Made by a program: the position numbers and the translations under genes. Shown here in pieces: positions 40,767 to 51,905 of a stretch of DNA of 64,000 bases (its first letter is position 1; each line of letters opens with the position of its first letter). The stretch is taken from NCBI GenBank assembly GCA_049322915.1, contig JBMOPW010000044.1, positions 96,001 to 160,000 on the forward strand, in the 5' to 3' direction. The stretch comes from Candidatus Zhuqueibacterota bacterium (GTDB lineage Bacteria > Zhuqueibacterota > Zhuqueibacteria > Thermofontimicrobiales > Thermofontimicrobiaceae). The notes below the pieces were generated by a model. That model did not search any database. It had not been told where the DNA came from and was given only the letters and a program-made list of their open reading frames with translations.

Positions 40767-41336
40767 ATGAATGTGAATAAAACCAAACCGGCAGCGATTG
40801 CCAGGCCTGATGACGATCAAATGCTGCTTGAGACAATTCTGCGACAGCGGGCCTGGAATTACTCTCAAATCAAGACTATCGGCAAGCCTTCGCCGGGGAC
40901 AATCCGGGTGGTGCTGTTGTTATTTGGGGATGAAAAATATGGCCTTGAAGTTCGCTACGTCAAAGAGGTGGTGCCTCTGCGCCAGTTGACGCCGGTGCCA
41001 TGCACGCCGGATTTCGTCACCGGAATTATCAATGTCCGCGGAACCATTATTTCCACGATTGATATGCGCCGGTTTTTCAATTTAAAGACGACCGGCCTCA
41101 CCGACTTGAACAAAGTCGTGGTGATTAAATTCGGCGATTTCGAAATGGGGATTTTGGCCATGGATGTCTCCGAAGTGAAAAACATTCAGCTCGAAGATTT
41201 GCACCCGGCGGCCGGTTGCCTGACTGAGATTGATCCGGAATATATCAAAGGCGTTTCGAATAAAATGGAAGTGATTCTCGATCTGAAAAAGCTGATCGAA
41301 GAACAGCGATTTGTCATCAGCGAAGAAGTTGAATGA
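40767..41336 (+). CDS. cheW: CheW scaffold protein (WspD-like N-terminal extension)
   Basis: ILRQRA.., LTPVPCTPDFVTGIINVRGTI. Confidence 0.9.
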   Translation: MNVNKTKPAAIARPDDDQMLLETILRQRAWNYSQIKTIGKPSPGTIRVVLLLFGDEKYGLEVRYVKEVVPLRQLTPVPCTPDFVTGIINVRGTIISTIDMRRFFNLKTTGLTDLNKVVVIKFGDFEMGILAMDVSEVKNIQLEDLHPAAGCLTEIDPEYIKGVSNKMEVILDLKKLIEEQRFVISEEVE

Positions 41337-41390
41337 AACGCGGACACAGCGGGGGAGAGATGATTGCACGCTTGAAAATTGAGACAGCGC

Positions 41391-43049
41391 ATGAGCGAAA
41401 TTGAGCAAAAAAAAATTCTTGTAGTGGACGACAGCCCCACGCAGACAATGGTGTTGAAGATTGGACTGGAGCAGGCCGGCTTCTGCGTCGTGACGGCTGG
41501 CGACGGCATGGATGGCGTCAGTCGCGTGTACGAGGAAAGCCCGGACATCGTTGTGTCGGACATTGTGATGCCGGAATTGAATGGCTATCAACTGTGCCGG
41601 CTGATCAAAAACGATCCGCAGCTCCACAATATTCCCGTCATTCTGCTCACCAATCTGGGTCAGCAGCAGGACCGTTTCTGGGGCAGGGAGGCCGGCGCCG
41701 ATTTTTACGTGGTCAAGGATCGGGATTTGTCCCCATTGCTGGAGACTATTCAGAAATCGGTGGCATTGACGCGGGAAAAATCCGTCGACGAGATGAGCCG
41801 GGGCAGTCACCATGCAGTCACCAGTGAGGGAGTAAAAAATAAACTAAACCTGCTGCTGGATGATCTGCTTTTCGAATCCACCATTGCCAGCCGAATCCGC
41901 GAAATCGCGCGTTTCGCCTATGACACCGAAGCGCTGATGGAAAACCTGTTCTCGCTGCTTTCGGATCTTCTGGACGCTTCGATTTCCTGTCTGGCGGTTG
42001 AAGAGGGCGACTTCATTGCCGTGCATATCAACCTCACGAAGCACTATGACGACCGAATCATCGACCAGGTGAAACGCGACGTGGTGGGGGCTTTCCGCAA
42101 TGCCGATCGGAAATTGAAGGTGAAAATTTATGGCGACAGCGAGCCTTGCTCCCGGAGCCAGATGCCTGTCTTGCAGTCGAAACTGGTCTTTCCATTTCCG
42201 GTGAATGAAGACATCCATGCGGCAATGGCGCTTTTCGACGAGAGAGATGGGCTGTACAAAGGCAAAACGCTGGGACTGGTGAAGAAAATTTGCACGGAAC
42301 TGCACATGCTGATTTCATACGTGGCCAAGCTGAACGAGATCGAAAAGATCAAAGCGGACTTCACCTCGATGATTGTGCACGATCTGCGTTCGCCAATGGC
42401 CGGCGTGTTTGGATTGCTGCAGCTCATGCGCCAGGATCGGATTGGGCCGGTCAATGAAAAACAGCGTCAGACCCTCTCTCAGATTCTCGGGACCATCAAT
42501 AAATTGCTGAACCTTGTCAACGATATGCTCGATGTATCCAAGCTGGAATCGGGTCGGCTGGATGTTGTCCCTAAAAAAATCGATTTCAATGAAGTGATCG
42601 CCGAAGCGCTGGGCAACGTTGAAATTTTGGCCGAAGAAAAGCAGATCGAAATCCGGCTGGAAAATTTTTCACATCCTATGTTTGTTCTGGGCGATGCGCT
42701 GCGGTTGGAGCAGGTGATGATTAATCTTCTCTCCAATGCCATCAAGTTTTCGCCGGAGAACAGCCAGATTGTCATTCAAGGCCAGGCGCTTGAAGATCCG
42801 GATCAAGCGAATGGCTGGCTGAAGGTGAGCGTTCAGGATTCTGGCATCGGGATCGAGGAGGGGAGCCGCGAGATAATATTTGAAAAATACCGCCAGACCA
42901 TGAAAGGCAACTCGAAGGCGGCCAAAGGCACCGGGCTGGGGTTGGCTATTTGCCGGATGATTGTTCAGGCGCATGATGGTAAAATTTGGGTGACCAGTCA
43001 GGAAGGACAGGGCAGTACATTTTCGTTTACTGTGCCCCTCATTCAATGA
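41391..43049 (+). CDS. Hybrid REC-(GAF-like)-histidine kinase within the chemosensory operon
   Basis: REC VDDS..SDIVMP; VHDLRSP; NAIKF, DSGIG, GTGLGL. Confidence 0.9.
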   Translation: MSEIEQKKILVVDDSPTQTMVLKIGLEQAGFCVVTAGDGMDGVSRVYEESPDIVVSDIVMPELNGYQLCRLIKNDPQLHNIPVILLTNLGQQQDRFWGREAGADFYVVKDRDLSPLLETIQKSVALTREKSVDEMSRGSHHAVTSEGVKNKLNLLLDDLLFESTIASRIREIARFAYDTEALMENLFSLLSDLLDASISCLAVEEGDFIAVHINLTKHYDDRIIDQVKRDVVGAFRNADRKLKVKIYGDSEPCSRSQMPVLQSKLVFPFPVNEDIHAAMALFDERDGLYKGKTLGLVKKICTELHMLISYVAKLNEIEKIKADFTSMIVHDLRSPMAGVFGLLQLMRQDRIGPVNEKQRQTLSQILGTINKLLNLVNDMLDVSKLESGRLDVVPKKIDFNEVIAEALGNVEILAEEKQIEIRLENFSHPMFVLGDALRLEQVMINLLSNAIKFSPENSQIVIQGQALEDPDQANGWLKVSVQDSGIGIEEGSREIIFEKYRQTMKGNSKAAKGTGLGLAICRMIVQAHDGKIWVTSQEGQGSTFSFTVPLIQ

Positions 43050-43068
43050 GCAACTGTTCGAGGTAAAA

Positions 43069-44682
43069 ATGAACGAGTATTTGATGCTTTTCTTTGTATT
43101 ACTAATCAGCTACGGTCTTTTGACTGTTGCGGTCAATCGAATTTACAAATGGCGATTGATTACCAAATTCACGGTGGCGACCCTGCCGGCGGTTGGCATC
43201 ACCGTGATGCTGTCCTATATGTTCGGCAGAAGCCAGCTCAACTGGTGGAACGGCCCGACCCTGCCGCTGCTGGGCGTATCGTGCTGGATGCTGGCCATCT
43301 GGATCATGGTGCGGAATATTTCTATCCCGCTTCAAAAGATCAAAGATGCTGCGCAGCGGGCGGCCGATGGCGATTTGAATGTGCAACTTCACATTCAGGG
43401 CAATGATGAAAGCAGCGAACTGGCCGATGCGTTCAATCGCATGGCAGAAAATATTCGCGGCATGATGGAAGTTGAACGCCGCATGCGGAACGAATTGGAA
43501 GAGACGGTCAAGCGCTACGTCGATTTTGTCGCTGAAGTCGGGAAAGGAAAACTCGACATCAAGCTGGATGTTACGGCGAGCAATAATATGGGCATTCTGG
43601 GCGAACACCTCAATCAGATGGTGCTGAAACTTCGCGACTATACCGCGGAGATCGAGCAGAGCGGAAGCGTGGAGCGCAAGAACAAAGAAAAGCTGCAATT
43701 TACGATTGAGGAGTATCTGAGATTTATTGAACGAGTTTCCAAAGGCGATCTGCGCGGGCGCATTGAACTGACCGGCATCAATGGTCTGTCGGAAATGGGA
43801 AGTTATTTGAACAATATGGTCTCCAATCTGAAAGAATTGGCCCTGCAAAATCAACTGGCAGCGGATGAATTGGCCAGAGCGACGAGCGAGATTACCTCGG
43901 CGGCGTCGGAGCAGGTGAGCAGCGCCAACGAACAGATGGCGTCGGTGAACGAGACGTCCACCTCGGTGGATCAATTGAAGCAATCGGTGCAGCAGTCGGC
44001 TGACCGCGCCATGATGGTTTCGGATCTGGCGAAGAAATCGACCGAGATTTCTGAAAATGGCCGATCAGCCGTGGAAAAGACCGTCGACAGCATGGAGAAA
44101 ATTAAGGAGCAGATGGAGATCATCAATGAAACCATTCTGAATTTGAGTGAGCAGAGCCAGCAGATTGGCGACATCATCACTTCGGTCAACGAGATTGCTG
44201 AGCAATCCAATCTATTGGCGCTGAATGCCGCCATTGAAGCAGCGCGCGCCGGGGAGCATGGCAAGGGATTTTCTGTGGTTGCCGCGGAAGTGAAAAATCT
44301 CGCTGACCAATCCAAAGAAGCCACCATTCAGATCCGCTCGATTTTGAGTGATATTCAGAAGAACAGCGAACGGGCGGTTTTGGTCACGGACAAAGGCAGC
44401 CATCTTGCGCAGGAAGGGGTGGAAATGGTGCATCAGGCTGGCGCAACGATTCAACATCTGGCAGAGACCATTTCGCAATCGGCGCAGGTGACGTTGCAGA
44501 TCGTCTCTTCCTCCGGCCAGCAAGCCCGCGGCATCGACCAGATTTCCATCGCCATGGAACAGATCAATCAGGCGACCAATCAAAACGTGGTCAGCGTCAG
44601 CCAGATGGAAAAAGCAGCGGAAAACCTGAATCAGTTGGGGATGCGATTGCACGATCTGGTGAAAATGTATCAGATCGGGTAG
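43069..44682 (+). CDS. Methyl-accepting chemotaxis protein with integral-membrane N-terminus and tandem HAMP domains
   Basis: [37 protein letters not shown]; three hydrophobic helices; three HAMP-like repeats. Confidence 0.93.
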   Translation: MNEYLMLFFVLLISYGLLTVAVNRIYKWRLITKFTVATLPAVGITVMLSYMFGRSQLNWWNGPTLPLLGVSCWMLAIWIMVRNISIPLQKIKDAAQRAADGDLNVQLHIQGNDESSELADAFNRMAENIRGMMEVERRMRNELEETVKRYVDFVAEVGKGKLDIKLDVTASNNMGILGEHLNQMVLKLRDYTAEIEQSGSVERKNKEKLQFTIEEYLRFIERVSKGDLRGRIELTGINGLSEMGSYLNNMVSNLKELALQNQLAADELARATSEITSAASEQVSSANEQMASVNETSTSVDQLKQSVQQSADRAMMVSDLAKKSTEISENGRSAVEKTVDSMEKIKEQMEIINETILNLSEQSQQIGDIITSVNEIAEQSNLLALNAAIEAARAGEHGKGFSVVAAEVKNLADQSKEATIQIRSILSDIQKNSERAVLVTDKGSHLAQEGVEMVHQAGATIQHLAETISQSAQVTLQIVSSSGQQARGIDQISIAMEQINQATNQNVVSVSQMEKAAENLNQLGMRLHDLVKMYQIG

Positions 44683-44795
44683 CCCGTGGGGAAGCGCCGC
44701 AGGAGGCGATTGTTGCCGCAGACCATTCAGACGGAGGCTTCATTTCATTCGATATTCTTGCAACGCACACACAACATTTTCAAAATTGACAGCGT

Positions 44796-47132
44796 ATGGA
44801 TCCGATTCAATTACAACAGGTATTGACCATTTTCAAAGCCGAAGCGGACGAGCATCTTCAGAAATTGAATGAAGGATTGCTCCTGTTAGAGCGTGAATCC
44901 GATGAGAGCCAACGTCAGGCATTGTTTCAGGAACTCTTCCGCGAAGCCCACAATTTGAAGGGCGCAGCGCGGGCGGTCGATTTCAGGCAGGTCGAAGAAA
45001 TCGCTCATAAAGTGGAATCACTCCTCTCGGCGCTGAAGCAAAAACAGGTGGCCATTACCAGACCGCTCATCGAGCTTATGTACAGTTCGCTGGATGTCAT
45101 CGGAAAACTGGTGGAATTGAACTTCAAGGAAAATTCCACGCACAGGGAAATATTCGGAGTCAATCAACTGCTGCAAGCCCTGGAAAACGGCGCATTGGGT
45201 CGTGCCTTTGAACTGGATCCGGATAAAATGGAAGTGGCGGCGAAGCCAACTCCCAAAGAGAATCAGGAAGCAGCGCCGCGAAAAAAGAGCACAGCGAATG
45301 GGACCAAAGGACCCCGAAAGCAAAATTCCGATTCGGCTGCCGGCAGCACGAAGAGTAATCCTGAAGGGCAATTGCTGGCCGGGCAGGAGATCGAAGAGAC
45401 GATTCGGGTGAGCACCCCGAAGCTGAATAAATTGATGGCGCGGGCCAACGAATTGATGGAGAAGAAAATCGAAGCTGAGCAGCGCGTCATTGAACTGAAG
45501 CAGATTCGGGATGAGATCAGGCGATTGTACCGGGACGGCGCCAAATCAAAATCAGCCAGATACGATGACGGTGCCACTTTGGATAGCTATTATTTCCCGG
45601 CGACTGGCGGCGATTCGTGGCTCAAGGGGCGGTTGCAGATAATTGCCAGCCAAATGGATGATTACTACAGAAAGCTGTCCAAAGATATCAAAGAGCTTTC
45701 GGCGTCCACGCGCAATTTGCAGGAAGAGATAAAACAGGTTCGCATGCTGCCCATGGCCACGATCCTCTCTCCGTTCAAGCGTATGATCCGCGACATGGCT
45801 GCGGAGACAAACAAGCTGGTGAATGTCACTTTTACCGGCGCCGAGACTGAGGTTGACAAAAAAATTCTGGAAGACCTGAAAGATCCATTGACCCACCTGT
45901 TTCGCAATGCGCTGGCCCACGGCATCGAAACGCCGGAACAGCGGAGACAATTGAACAAGTCGGAATCCGGCGTCATCTCGTTTCATGTGCATCAAAAGGG
46001 GAATCAACTTGTCCTGGAGTTATCGGATGATGGCGCAGGGATTGATCTGGAAAAAATCAGGACAGAGGCAGTCAGTCGCAAGGTGGTGTCCCCGGATGAA
46101 TTGCAGGAAATGAAAAACCATGAGCTGATTGACCTCATCTTCCGGCCGGGATTTTCGACGAATTCGATTATCACTGATTTATCCGGCCGCGGTGTGGGGC
46201 TCGATGTTGTGCGACAAACCGCTGAAAAACTTCATGGCGTGGTGCATGTAAAATCCGAAAAAAACAAGGGCACATCGTTCATCTTAAAGCTGCCCATTTC
46301 GCTGGTGACGCTGCAATGCATCCTTCTGGTCGTTGCAGGGAGGATGTTTGCTATCCCAACGCTGGCAGTGGATCGAATCATCCGGGTGAGTTACGAGGAA
46401 ATCAAGTTTGCGTCGGGCCGGGAGATGATCGAATTGGAAGGTCGACCTGTCGCCGTTGTCTCGCTGGCCAAAATTTTGGAATTGCCGGAAATGCACCCCG
46501 GTCGATTCGATGATAATAAAATTTCGCTGATTGTCGTTTCAGTCAATGAAACGCTCATCGCGTTCATTGTGGACCGATTCATTGGCAATCAGGAAATTGT
46601 CATTAAACCGCTCGGCAAGCAGCTCGTGCGGGTTCGCAATATTGCCGGAGCGACAATTCTGGGCGATGGCCAGGTGGTGCTGATGCTCAATGTGTCGGAT
46701 TTGTCCCGTTCAGCGACAAAGATGCGCCTGACGAGCGGTCGGCCCAAACATGAAATTGAGACAGCGCAAAAAAAGCACGTCTTGGTGATCGATGATTCCA
46801 TCACCACGCGCACCCTGGAGAAAAATATACTCGAGGTCGCCGGGTACGATGTGACAACAGCCGTCGATGGGGAGGATGGGCTGCGGATGGTCAATGCCAT
46901 GGATTTTGATGCGATCGTCACAGACATACAGATGCCCAATATGGATGGATTTGAATTCACTCGTCAGATAAAAGATAACGTCCGATTCAAGCAAATCCCT
47001 GTCATTCTGGTGACATCGTTGGATTCAAAACAGGATAAAGAACGCGGCATCGAAGTCGGAGCGGATGCGTACATTGTGAAGAAGAGTTTCGATCAACGAA
47101 GCCTGCTGGAGACCCTGGAACAATTAGCATGA
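44796..47132 (+). CDS. cheA: CheA-REC hybrid kinase (WspE-like)
   Basis: HPt FREAHNLKG, HLFRNALAHGIE, SGRGVGLDVV, CheW domain, C-terminal REC. Confidence 0.95.
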   Translation: MDPIQLQQVLTIFKAEADEHLQKLNEGLLLLERESDESQRQALFQELFREAHNLKGAARAVDFRQVEEIAHKVESLLSALKQKQVAITRPLIELMYSSLDVIGKLVELNFKENSTHREIFGVNQLLQALENGALGRAFELDPDKMEVAAKPTPKENQEAAPRKKSTANGTKGPRKQNSDSAAGSTKSNPEGQLLAGQEIEETIRVSTPKLNKLMARANELMEKKIEAEQRVIELKQIRDEIRRLYRDGAKSKSARYDDGATLDSYYFPATGGDSWLKGRLQIIASQMDDYYRKLSKDIKELSASTRNLQEEIKQVRMLPMATILSPFKRMIRDMAAETNKLVNVTFTGAETEVDKKILEDLKDPLTHLFRNALAHGIETPEQRRQLNKSESGVISFHVHQKGNQLVLELSDDGAGIDLEKIRTEAVSRKVVSPDELQEMKNHELIDLIFRPGFSTNSIITDLSGRGVGLDVVRQTAEKLHGVVHVKSEKNKGTSFILKLPISLVTLQCILLVVAGRMFAIPTLAVDRIIRVSYEEIKFASGREMIELEGRPVAVVSLAKILELPEMHPGRFDDNKISLIVVSVNETLIAFIVDRFIGNQEIVIKPLGKQLVRVRNIAGATILGDGQVVLMLNVSDLSRSATKMRLTSGRPKHEIETAQKKHVLVIDDSITTRTLEKNILEVAGYDVTTAVDGEDGLRMVNAMDFDAIVTDIQMPNMDGFEFTRQIKDNVRFKQIPVILVTSLDSKQDKERGIEVGADAYIVKKSFDQRSLLETLEQLA

Positions 47133-47149
47133 GGTAGCGTAACAAGACA

Positions 47150-48178
47150 ATGATTAAAGTGCTTATCGTGGATACCTCACCTGTTTCGAGATTTGTCGTT
47201 CGAAAAGTTTTGGAACGGGATGAGAATCTGAAAATCGTCGGGGAGGCTCGAAATGGCAAGGAAGCGTTAGAATTGATTTCTCATTTCAAACCTGATATTG
47301 TGACGATGGATATTAGCAACCCGGACACGGAAGGTCTGGAGACGACGAAGCGAATTATGCAGGATGCTCCAATTCCTATCATTGCTGTAACCGAGCCGCA
47401 CGATACAAGTGTGAAGCATGCCATTCAAGTGATCCAGGCCGGCGCACTCACTGTGGTTGAAAAGCCGGATCAATTTTTGTTGAATGATGCGAACGCGGCT
47501 GGCAAAAATCTGATCAATTCCATTAAAACGCTATCCGAAGTAAAAGTCGTACGCCGCTGGAATGATACTCGATTGCACCCGAATGGCAAACCGATACGGC
47601 ATGGCGCTTTAAAATCCTCCATCGAAATAATTGGCATTGCTACTTCGACCGGCGGTCCCAATGCTCTTGCCAAGCTCCTCAATCAACTTCCAGACGATTT
47701 TCAAATACCCATTGTCATTGTTCAGCATATCATGAAAGGCTTTGCTGCAAATTTTGTCACCTGGCTGGCAAGTGTCACCGGGCATCATGCGAAGCTGGCT
47801 GCGCAGCACGAACTCATTCAGAAAAACCATGTCTACATTGCGCCGGATGATTACCATTTAACGGTGAATCGGTTCAATCGGCTGGTGTTGAGCAGCGATG
47901 GGCCGGTGAAAGGGCACCGTCCATCGGCCGATTATTTGCTGTTTTCCATTGCCAAAAATTATGGCGAACGCGGAATGGGTATCATTTTAACCGGCATGGG
48001 AGACGATGGGGCCGAAGGTATGAAGGCCATCAAAGATGCGGGAGGATTGACCATCGCTCAGAACAAGGACAGTTCTGTCATTTTTGGCATGCCCAGCGAA
48101 GCGATCAATCTGAACGCTGTCGATAAAGTTGTGTCCATCGATAAGATCGGCGAAACTATTTTCAATCTCACCAAATAG
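47150..48178 (+). CDS. cheB: CheB methylesterase
   Basis: REC plus TSTGGP, VQHI, HRPSAD, LTGMGDDGA. Confidence 0.95.
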   Translation: MIKVLIVDTSPVSRFVVRKVLERDENLKIVGEARNGKEALELISHFKPDIVTMDISNPDTEGLETTKRIMQDAPIPIIAVTEPHDTSVKHAIQVIQAGALTVVEKPDQFLLNDANAAGKNLINSIKTLSEVKVVRRWNDTRLHPNGKPIRHGALKSSIEIIGIATSTGGPNALAKLLNQLPDDFQIPIVIVQHIMKGFAANFVTWLASVTGHHAKLAAQHELIQKNHVYIAPDDYHLTVNRFNRLVLSSDGPVKGHRPSADYLLFSIAKNYGERGMGIILTGMGDDGAEGMKAIKDAGGLTIAQNKDSSVIFGMPSEAINLNAVDKVVSIDKIGETIFNLTK

Positions 48179-48187
48179 GAGTCTGCG

Positions 48188-48652
48188 ATGAAGAATGTTC
48201 TTGTCGTTGAAGATGAAGAAGATGTGTTGAATATATTTTCAGAGCAGTTGAAACTGTGGGGATATAATCCGGTCATTGCCAGCAGCGGCGCCGAAGGGCT
48301 GAAAAAATTCAATGAAATGCCTATCGATTTAGTCATTTCCGATATAAAAATGCCGGGCATGGATGGCATTACCCTGCTCCAGAAAATCCTCAAAAAAGAT
48401 AAAGATGCAATTATCATTTTGGTCACCGGTTACCCTTCAATCGATACGGCAGTGCAGTCCATGAAGGACGGCGCATTCGATTACCTGACCAAACCGCTTC
48501 ATATTGGCGAATTGAAAATCAGGATCGAGCGCGCTCTGGAAAAGAAGCGGCTGCAAAAATCGCTGGCGCTGTGGAAGGGAGTCAATTGGTCGCTGATCAT
48601 TTCAGTCCCTCTCTGGCTGATTCTGGGCATCATTTTAGCTCGATTGCTGTAG
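48188..48652 (+). CDS. Response regulator receiver with C-terminal transmembrane helix
   Basis: Intact REC (VEDE, SDIKMP, TKP), then WSLIISVPLWLILGIILARLL. Confidence 0.85.
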   Translation: MKNVLVVEDEEDVLNIFSEQLKLWGYNPVIASSGAEGLKKFNEMPIDLVISDIKMPGMDGITLLQKILKKDKDAIIILVTGYPSIDTAVQSMKDGAFDYLTKPLHIGELKIRIERALEKKRLQKSLALWKGVNWSLIISVPLWLILGIILARLL

Positions 48653-49109
48653 CCGTGCGTACGCCGCAATCCGCTCGATCTGAGTGAGTACTGATGATCG
48701 TTTTTCAGGCTGAGATTAGCTCTTCCTTTTCAATGAGCCGTCGGGTGGCTGTGGAGTGTGACTTTCCACTCACTTCACACAATTCAGCAGACGCCTTATT
48801 TTCACCCGGCAATTCTGACCTGCTCACCGAATATCCCGCTCGTTCAAGCATCAATCCAGACCGTTTTCGACCGGGCTCCGACGTTTCAGACCAGATAAAG
48901 CGCCCGGGAAATAGAACCTTCCCCACATCAAAATGAATGTTACTATCCCCAACCCCATGCGAAAAAATTGCCTATCATTGGGATGTTTTTTCCGCTTATC
49001 AAATTGAAAAATTCGTATCCCGATCATTGCTTCAAATATCCATAGTTCTAATATGATGATTACTTGCATCTAACGGTGTTACGGAAACTTCATCATTCGA
49101 TGGGTTGGA

Positions 49110-49124
49110 TGGTATATCGTTTGC
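49110..49124 (+). promoter_or_regulatory. sigma54 (-24/-12) promoter
   Basis: TGGTAT-ATCGT-TTGC (GG-N10-GC), about 100 nt upstream of the GAF gene. Confidence 0.65.
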
Positions 49125-49227
49125 CAGTTATTCATGTGCATGGTGTGTGGTCCGTAATGGATTCTGGAGGAATGCCATTTGCGGGGACGATTTGATTTTT
49201 GGGCAACTCATAAATGGAGGATGGCGC

Positions 49228-49758
49228 GTGTTTGGAATACGATCGGAACAAGCAAAATTGGCGGGGGATGTGCTCAACAAAATGAATCAGGGCAATTACT
49301 ATGATGTCTGTCATCAGGCCAATGATTCCATGTTTCAATCCATACTGGCCCGGTTGAAAGGCACAGTCGATTATCAATCGGCAAGTTTGTATTTGATGAA
49401 CCGGGAGAAACAGCAAATGATCTCCGTCGCGGAACAGGGCGATGGCATTAACCTGATCAATGCCATCAATTTTCCCATGGGATTTGGTTTGTCCGCCTGG
49501 ATCGCCGAGAAGAAGCGAGTGATTCATCTGCCGGATATTCACAAGGGAACGCGGCACGGACACAATCCGATCCGCTCCTTTGTCGCGGTGCCAATTATTT
49601 ACAATGATGAGGTCATTGGTGTGCTGAATCTGGCGCATATAAAACCCAATGCTTTCGGCCCGGCTGAGGTGAAAAAATTACAATATCTGGCCCAGGCAAT
49701 TGCCATGCGGATGAATGATTTTACAATAGCCTTTTACACGAGGGAAGAAAAAGCATGA
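49228..49758 (+). CDS. Stand-alone GAF domain protein
   Basis: SASLYL, GFGLSAWIA, RSFVAVPI..VIGVLNL; GTG start behind GGAGG. Confidence 0.85.
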   Translation: MFGIRSEQAKLAGDVLNKMNQGNYYDVCHQANDSMFQSILARLKGTVDYQSASLYLMNREKQQMISVAEQGDGINLINAINFPMGFGLSAWIAEKKRVIHLPDIHKGTRHGHNPIRSFVAVPIIYNDEVIGVLNLAHIKPNAFGPAEVKKLQYLAQAIAMRMNDFTIAFYTREEKA

Positions 49759-50816
49759 TTACTGTATTGCTCATTGACGATGACCGATACATGCATCAAT
49801 ATACGCGGACGGTTTTGGAGTCTTACCAGCATCAACTCATCTCGGCCTACAATGGCCAGCAGGGTCTGGAAATGCTGGCATCATTCCGCCCTGATGTGGT
49901 CCTGCTGGATTATATGATGCCGGAGCTCGATGGCTACAAGGTATTCGAAATCATTTTGAAGGATGAAACATATAAGCAATACCAGGATATTCCCATCATT
50001 ATGCTGACGGCGGTGGACGAGCGCGCAGAAGTGAAAGACCAATTGCTGCAAATGGGGCTGGCCGCTTACCTGAACAAACCCTTCGGACACAAGGAATTAT
50101 TCAATGTCATTGAAAATATTTTGTCCACCAATAAAAAATATTTGCAAAGTAAAAAGCTGCATCAGGCCATCAAGGATGCGAAGGATTTTTTGGAAAACAT
50201 GATAGAAAGCTCACCGGATGCTTTCATCACCACGGACATGGAAGGCTATATCACTTCATTCAGTCGAAGCGCTGAGCTATTGTTTGGTTATTCGGCCGGG
50301 CATATCACCGGCGAAAAGCTGAGCGACTACTTCATTGAATCGAGTGAGTTAGCCCATATCATCAAAAATTTGAAATCCAGACAAATAATGAGAGACTATG
50401 AGACACAACTGCTGACAGTTCATAACCGATTCCGGCCAGTCAGCTTTTCATTTTCTCTCATTAAAAATAAAGAGAATCAGCATATCGGAATATTAGGAAT
50501 TGCCAAGGACCTCACGCATTTGAAAGAGCTGGAAAACAAATTGATCGAAAAGGAGCGTCTGGCCGCACTGACGGAAACAGCCGTGGCCATCAATCATGAA
50601 ATCAATAATCCATTGACGCCCATTCTTGGAAATATTCAGTTGCTTCTCTTTCGCAGAAATGAAATTGATAACTGGATTGTTGAGAAGTTGGAAGTGATTG
50701 AAAAAAACGCCTGGCGCATTCACAGCACAATTCAGAAGCTGAACAACATCACCAGGCCAGTCAAAAAGCAATATTGTGGGGAAACCCAGATGCTGGATAT
50801 TGAACAGTCAAAGTAA
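49755..50816 (+). CDS. REC-PAS-HisKA(DHp) protein lacking a HATPase domain
   Basis: REC (IDDD, LDYMMP, NKPF), PAS (SSPDAFITTD), H-box NHEINNPL, then stop. Confidence 0.85.
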   Translation: MITVLLIDDDRYMHQYTRTVLESYQHQLISAYNGQQGLEMLASFRPDVVLLDYMMPELDGYKVFEIILKDETYKQYQDIPIIMLTAVDERAEVKDQLLQMGLAAYLNKPFGHKELFNVIENILSTNKKYLQSKKLHQAIKDAKDFLENMIESSPDAFITTDMEGYITSFSRSAELLFGYSAGHITGEKLSDYFIESSELAHIIKNLKSRQIMRDYETQLLTVHNRFRPVSFSFSLIKNKENQHIGILGIAKDLTHLKELENKLIEKERLAALTETAVAINHEINNPLTPILGNIQLLLFRRNEIDNWIVEKLEVIEKNAWRIHSTIQKLNNITRPVKKQYCGETQMLDIEQSK

Positions 50817-50824
50817 CGGGCGCC

Positions 50825-51250
50825 ATGTCGAACATCAACACAGATAAAATACGATTGCTGCTCATGGCGGCAATATTTTCCGGTCTCTCACTTTTCGCGG
50901 CGAACAGTCCGGACCAGGAAAATCGTATTGAAATTAAAACGCACATTTATATTCTGGGCCCAACCATCACATTGGGAGAGGTTGCATTTATCAATCTGAA
51001 AGATGCCTATAGTGTCAGTCAACTGAAGCAGCTCAATCTGGGTCAGGCAGCGCCGCCAGGCGAGGCTAAGGAACTCATGCGTTCATTCATTCGCGCTAAG
51101 ATTCGGGAGACGAAATTCTTCGAATATGCCAGATATGTGAGCGGCCCACGCCTTGTCGCTGTGACTACCATCCCTGATAAAATGAGAAACATGTTCATGT
51201 TTGAAGGTATGGCGTGCATACACCAGGCGGCTTTGCGTGAGACAGAGTAA
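50825..51250 (+). CDS. Secreted protein resembling only the N-terminal domain of FlgA
   Basis: Signal peptide; ITLGEVAFI..LNLGQAAPPGE..IRAKI; no SAF domain. Confidence 0.55.
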   Translation: MSNINTDKIRLLLMAAIFSGLSLFAANSPDQENRIEIKTHIYILGPTITLGEVAFINLKDAYSVSQLKQLNLGQAAPPGEAKELMRSFIRAKIRETKFFEYARYVSGPRLVAVTTIPDKMRNMFMFEGMACIHQAALRETE

Positions 51251-51268
51251 ACTGTGAGGAGACGAGAG

Positions 51269-51823
51269 ATGGAATACATTGTGTTTAGAACCATGAGAAT
51301 GATTGAACGGGAAATTTCACTCTACAGAGATCTATACGCGTGCCTGTGTAACCAGCAGCAATTGATCATTCGCAGGGATATACTGGATTTGCTCATGGTG
51401 ATGGTCGAACAGAAAGAGCTGACGAGTGAAATCAGGCTCGTCGAGAATGATATCATGGAGGAATTGAAAGAAATGGCCATTTTCCTGGCTATTGACTTAC
51501 CGGCGAATAAGGAATTATCAATCAATGAAGTGGTTACTTCATTGCAGGAAAATTATAAAGAATTGGCGGAGATGATTAAAACGCGCTGCTGGGTTTTGAC
51601 GATACTGGTGAAAAAAGCCAATGCGCAAAATGAACAAAACATGGATGCCTTGCGCGACTGCCTTGCACTGTGGAAAAATGATCCGTCCATCCTGGATTTC
51701 TGGCAGGAGATTGGCGATGCGAATGCTTACGAACGCGTTGATGAATTGCTTGCATTCCATTCCAGCTCGCTGAAAAATGAATTGATTAAAGAGAATGAAT
51801 GTCCTTTTTATACCACCGCCTAA
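51269..51823 (+). CDS. FlgN-like helical chaperone
   Basis: LYRDL..QQQLII..D..LL...EQKEL..I..VE and KANAQNEQN pattern. Confidence 0.55.
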   Translation: MEYIVFRTMRMIEREISLYRDLYACLCNQQQLIIRRDILDLLMVMVEQKELTSEIRLVENDIMEELKEMAIFLAIDLPANKELSINEVVTSLQENYKELAEMIKTRCWVLTILVKKANAQNEQNMDALRDCLALWKNDPSILDFWQEIGDANAYERVDELLAFHSSSLKNELIKENECPFYTTA

Positions 51824-51858
51824 GCGAGTGGTCCTGAAAATTATGTGATTATCCTTTG

Positions 51859-51892
51859 GCGACAGCCTCAAGAAATTTGAGGCTGTTGTTTT
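51859..51892 (+). terminator. Terminator hairpin
   Basis: GACAGCCTCAA / TTGAGGCTGTT followed by GTTTT. Confidence 0.7.
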
Positions 51893-51905
51893 ATACATTC
51901 ATTCG

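Noticed and set aside
48694..49069. Small ORFs between the chemosensory operon and the GAF gene
   Set aside because: No RBS or motifs; probably the upstream regulatory region of the sigma54 promoter
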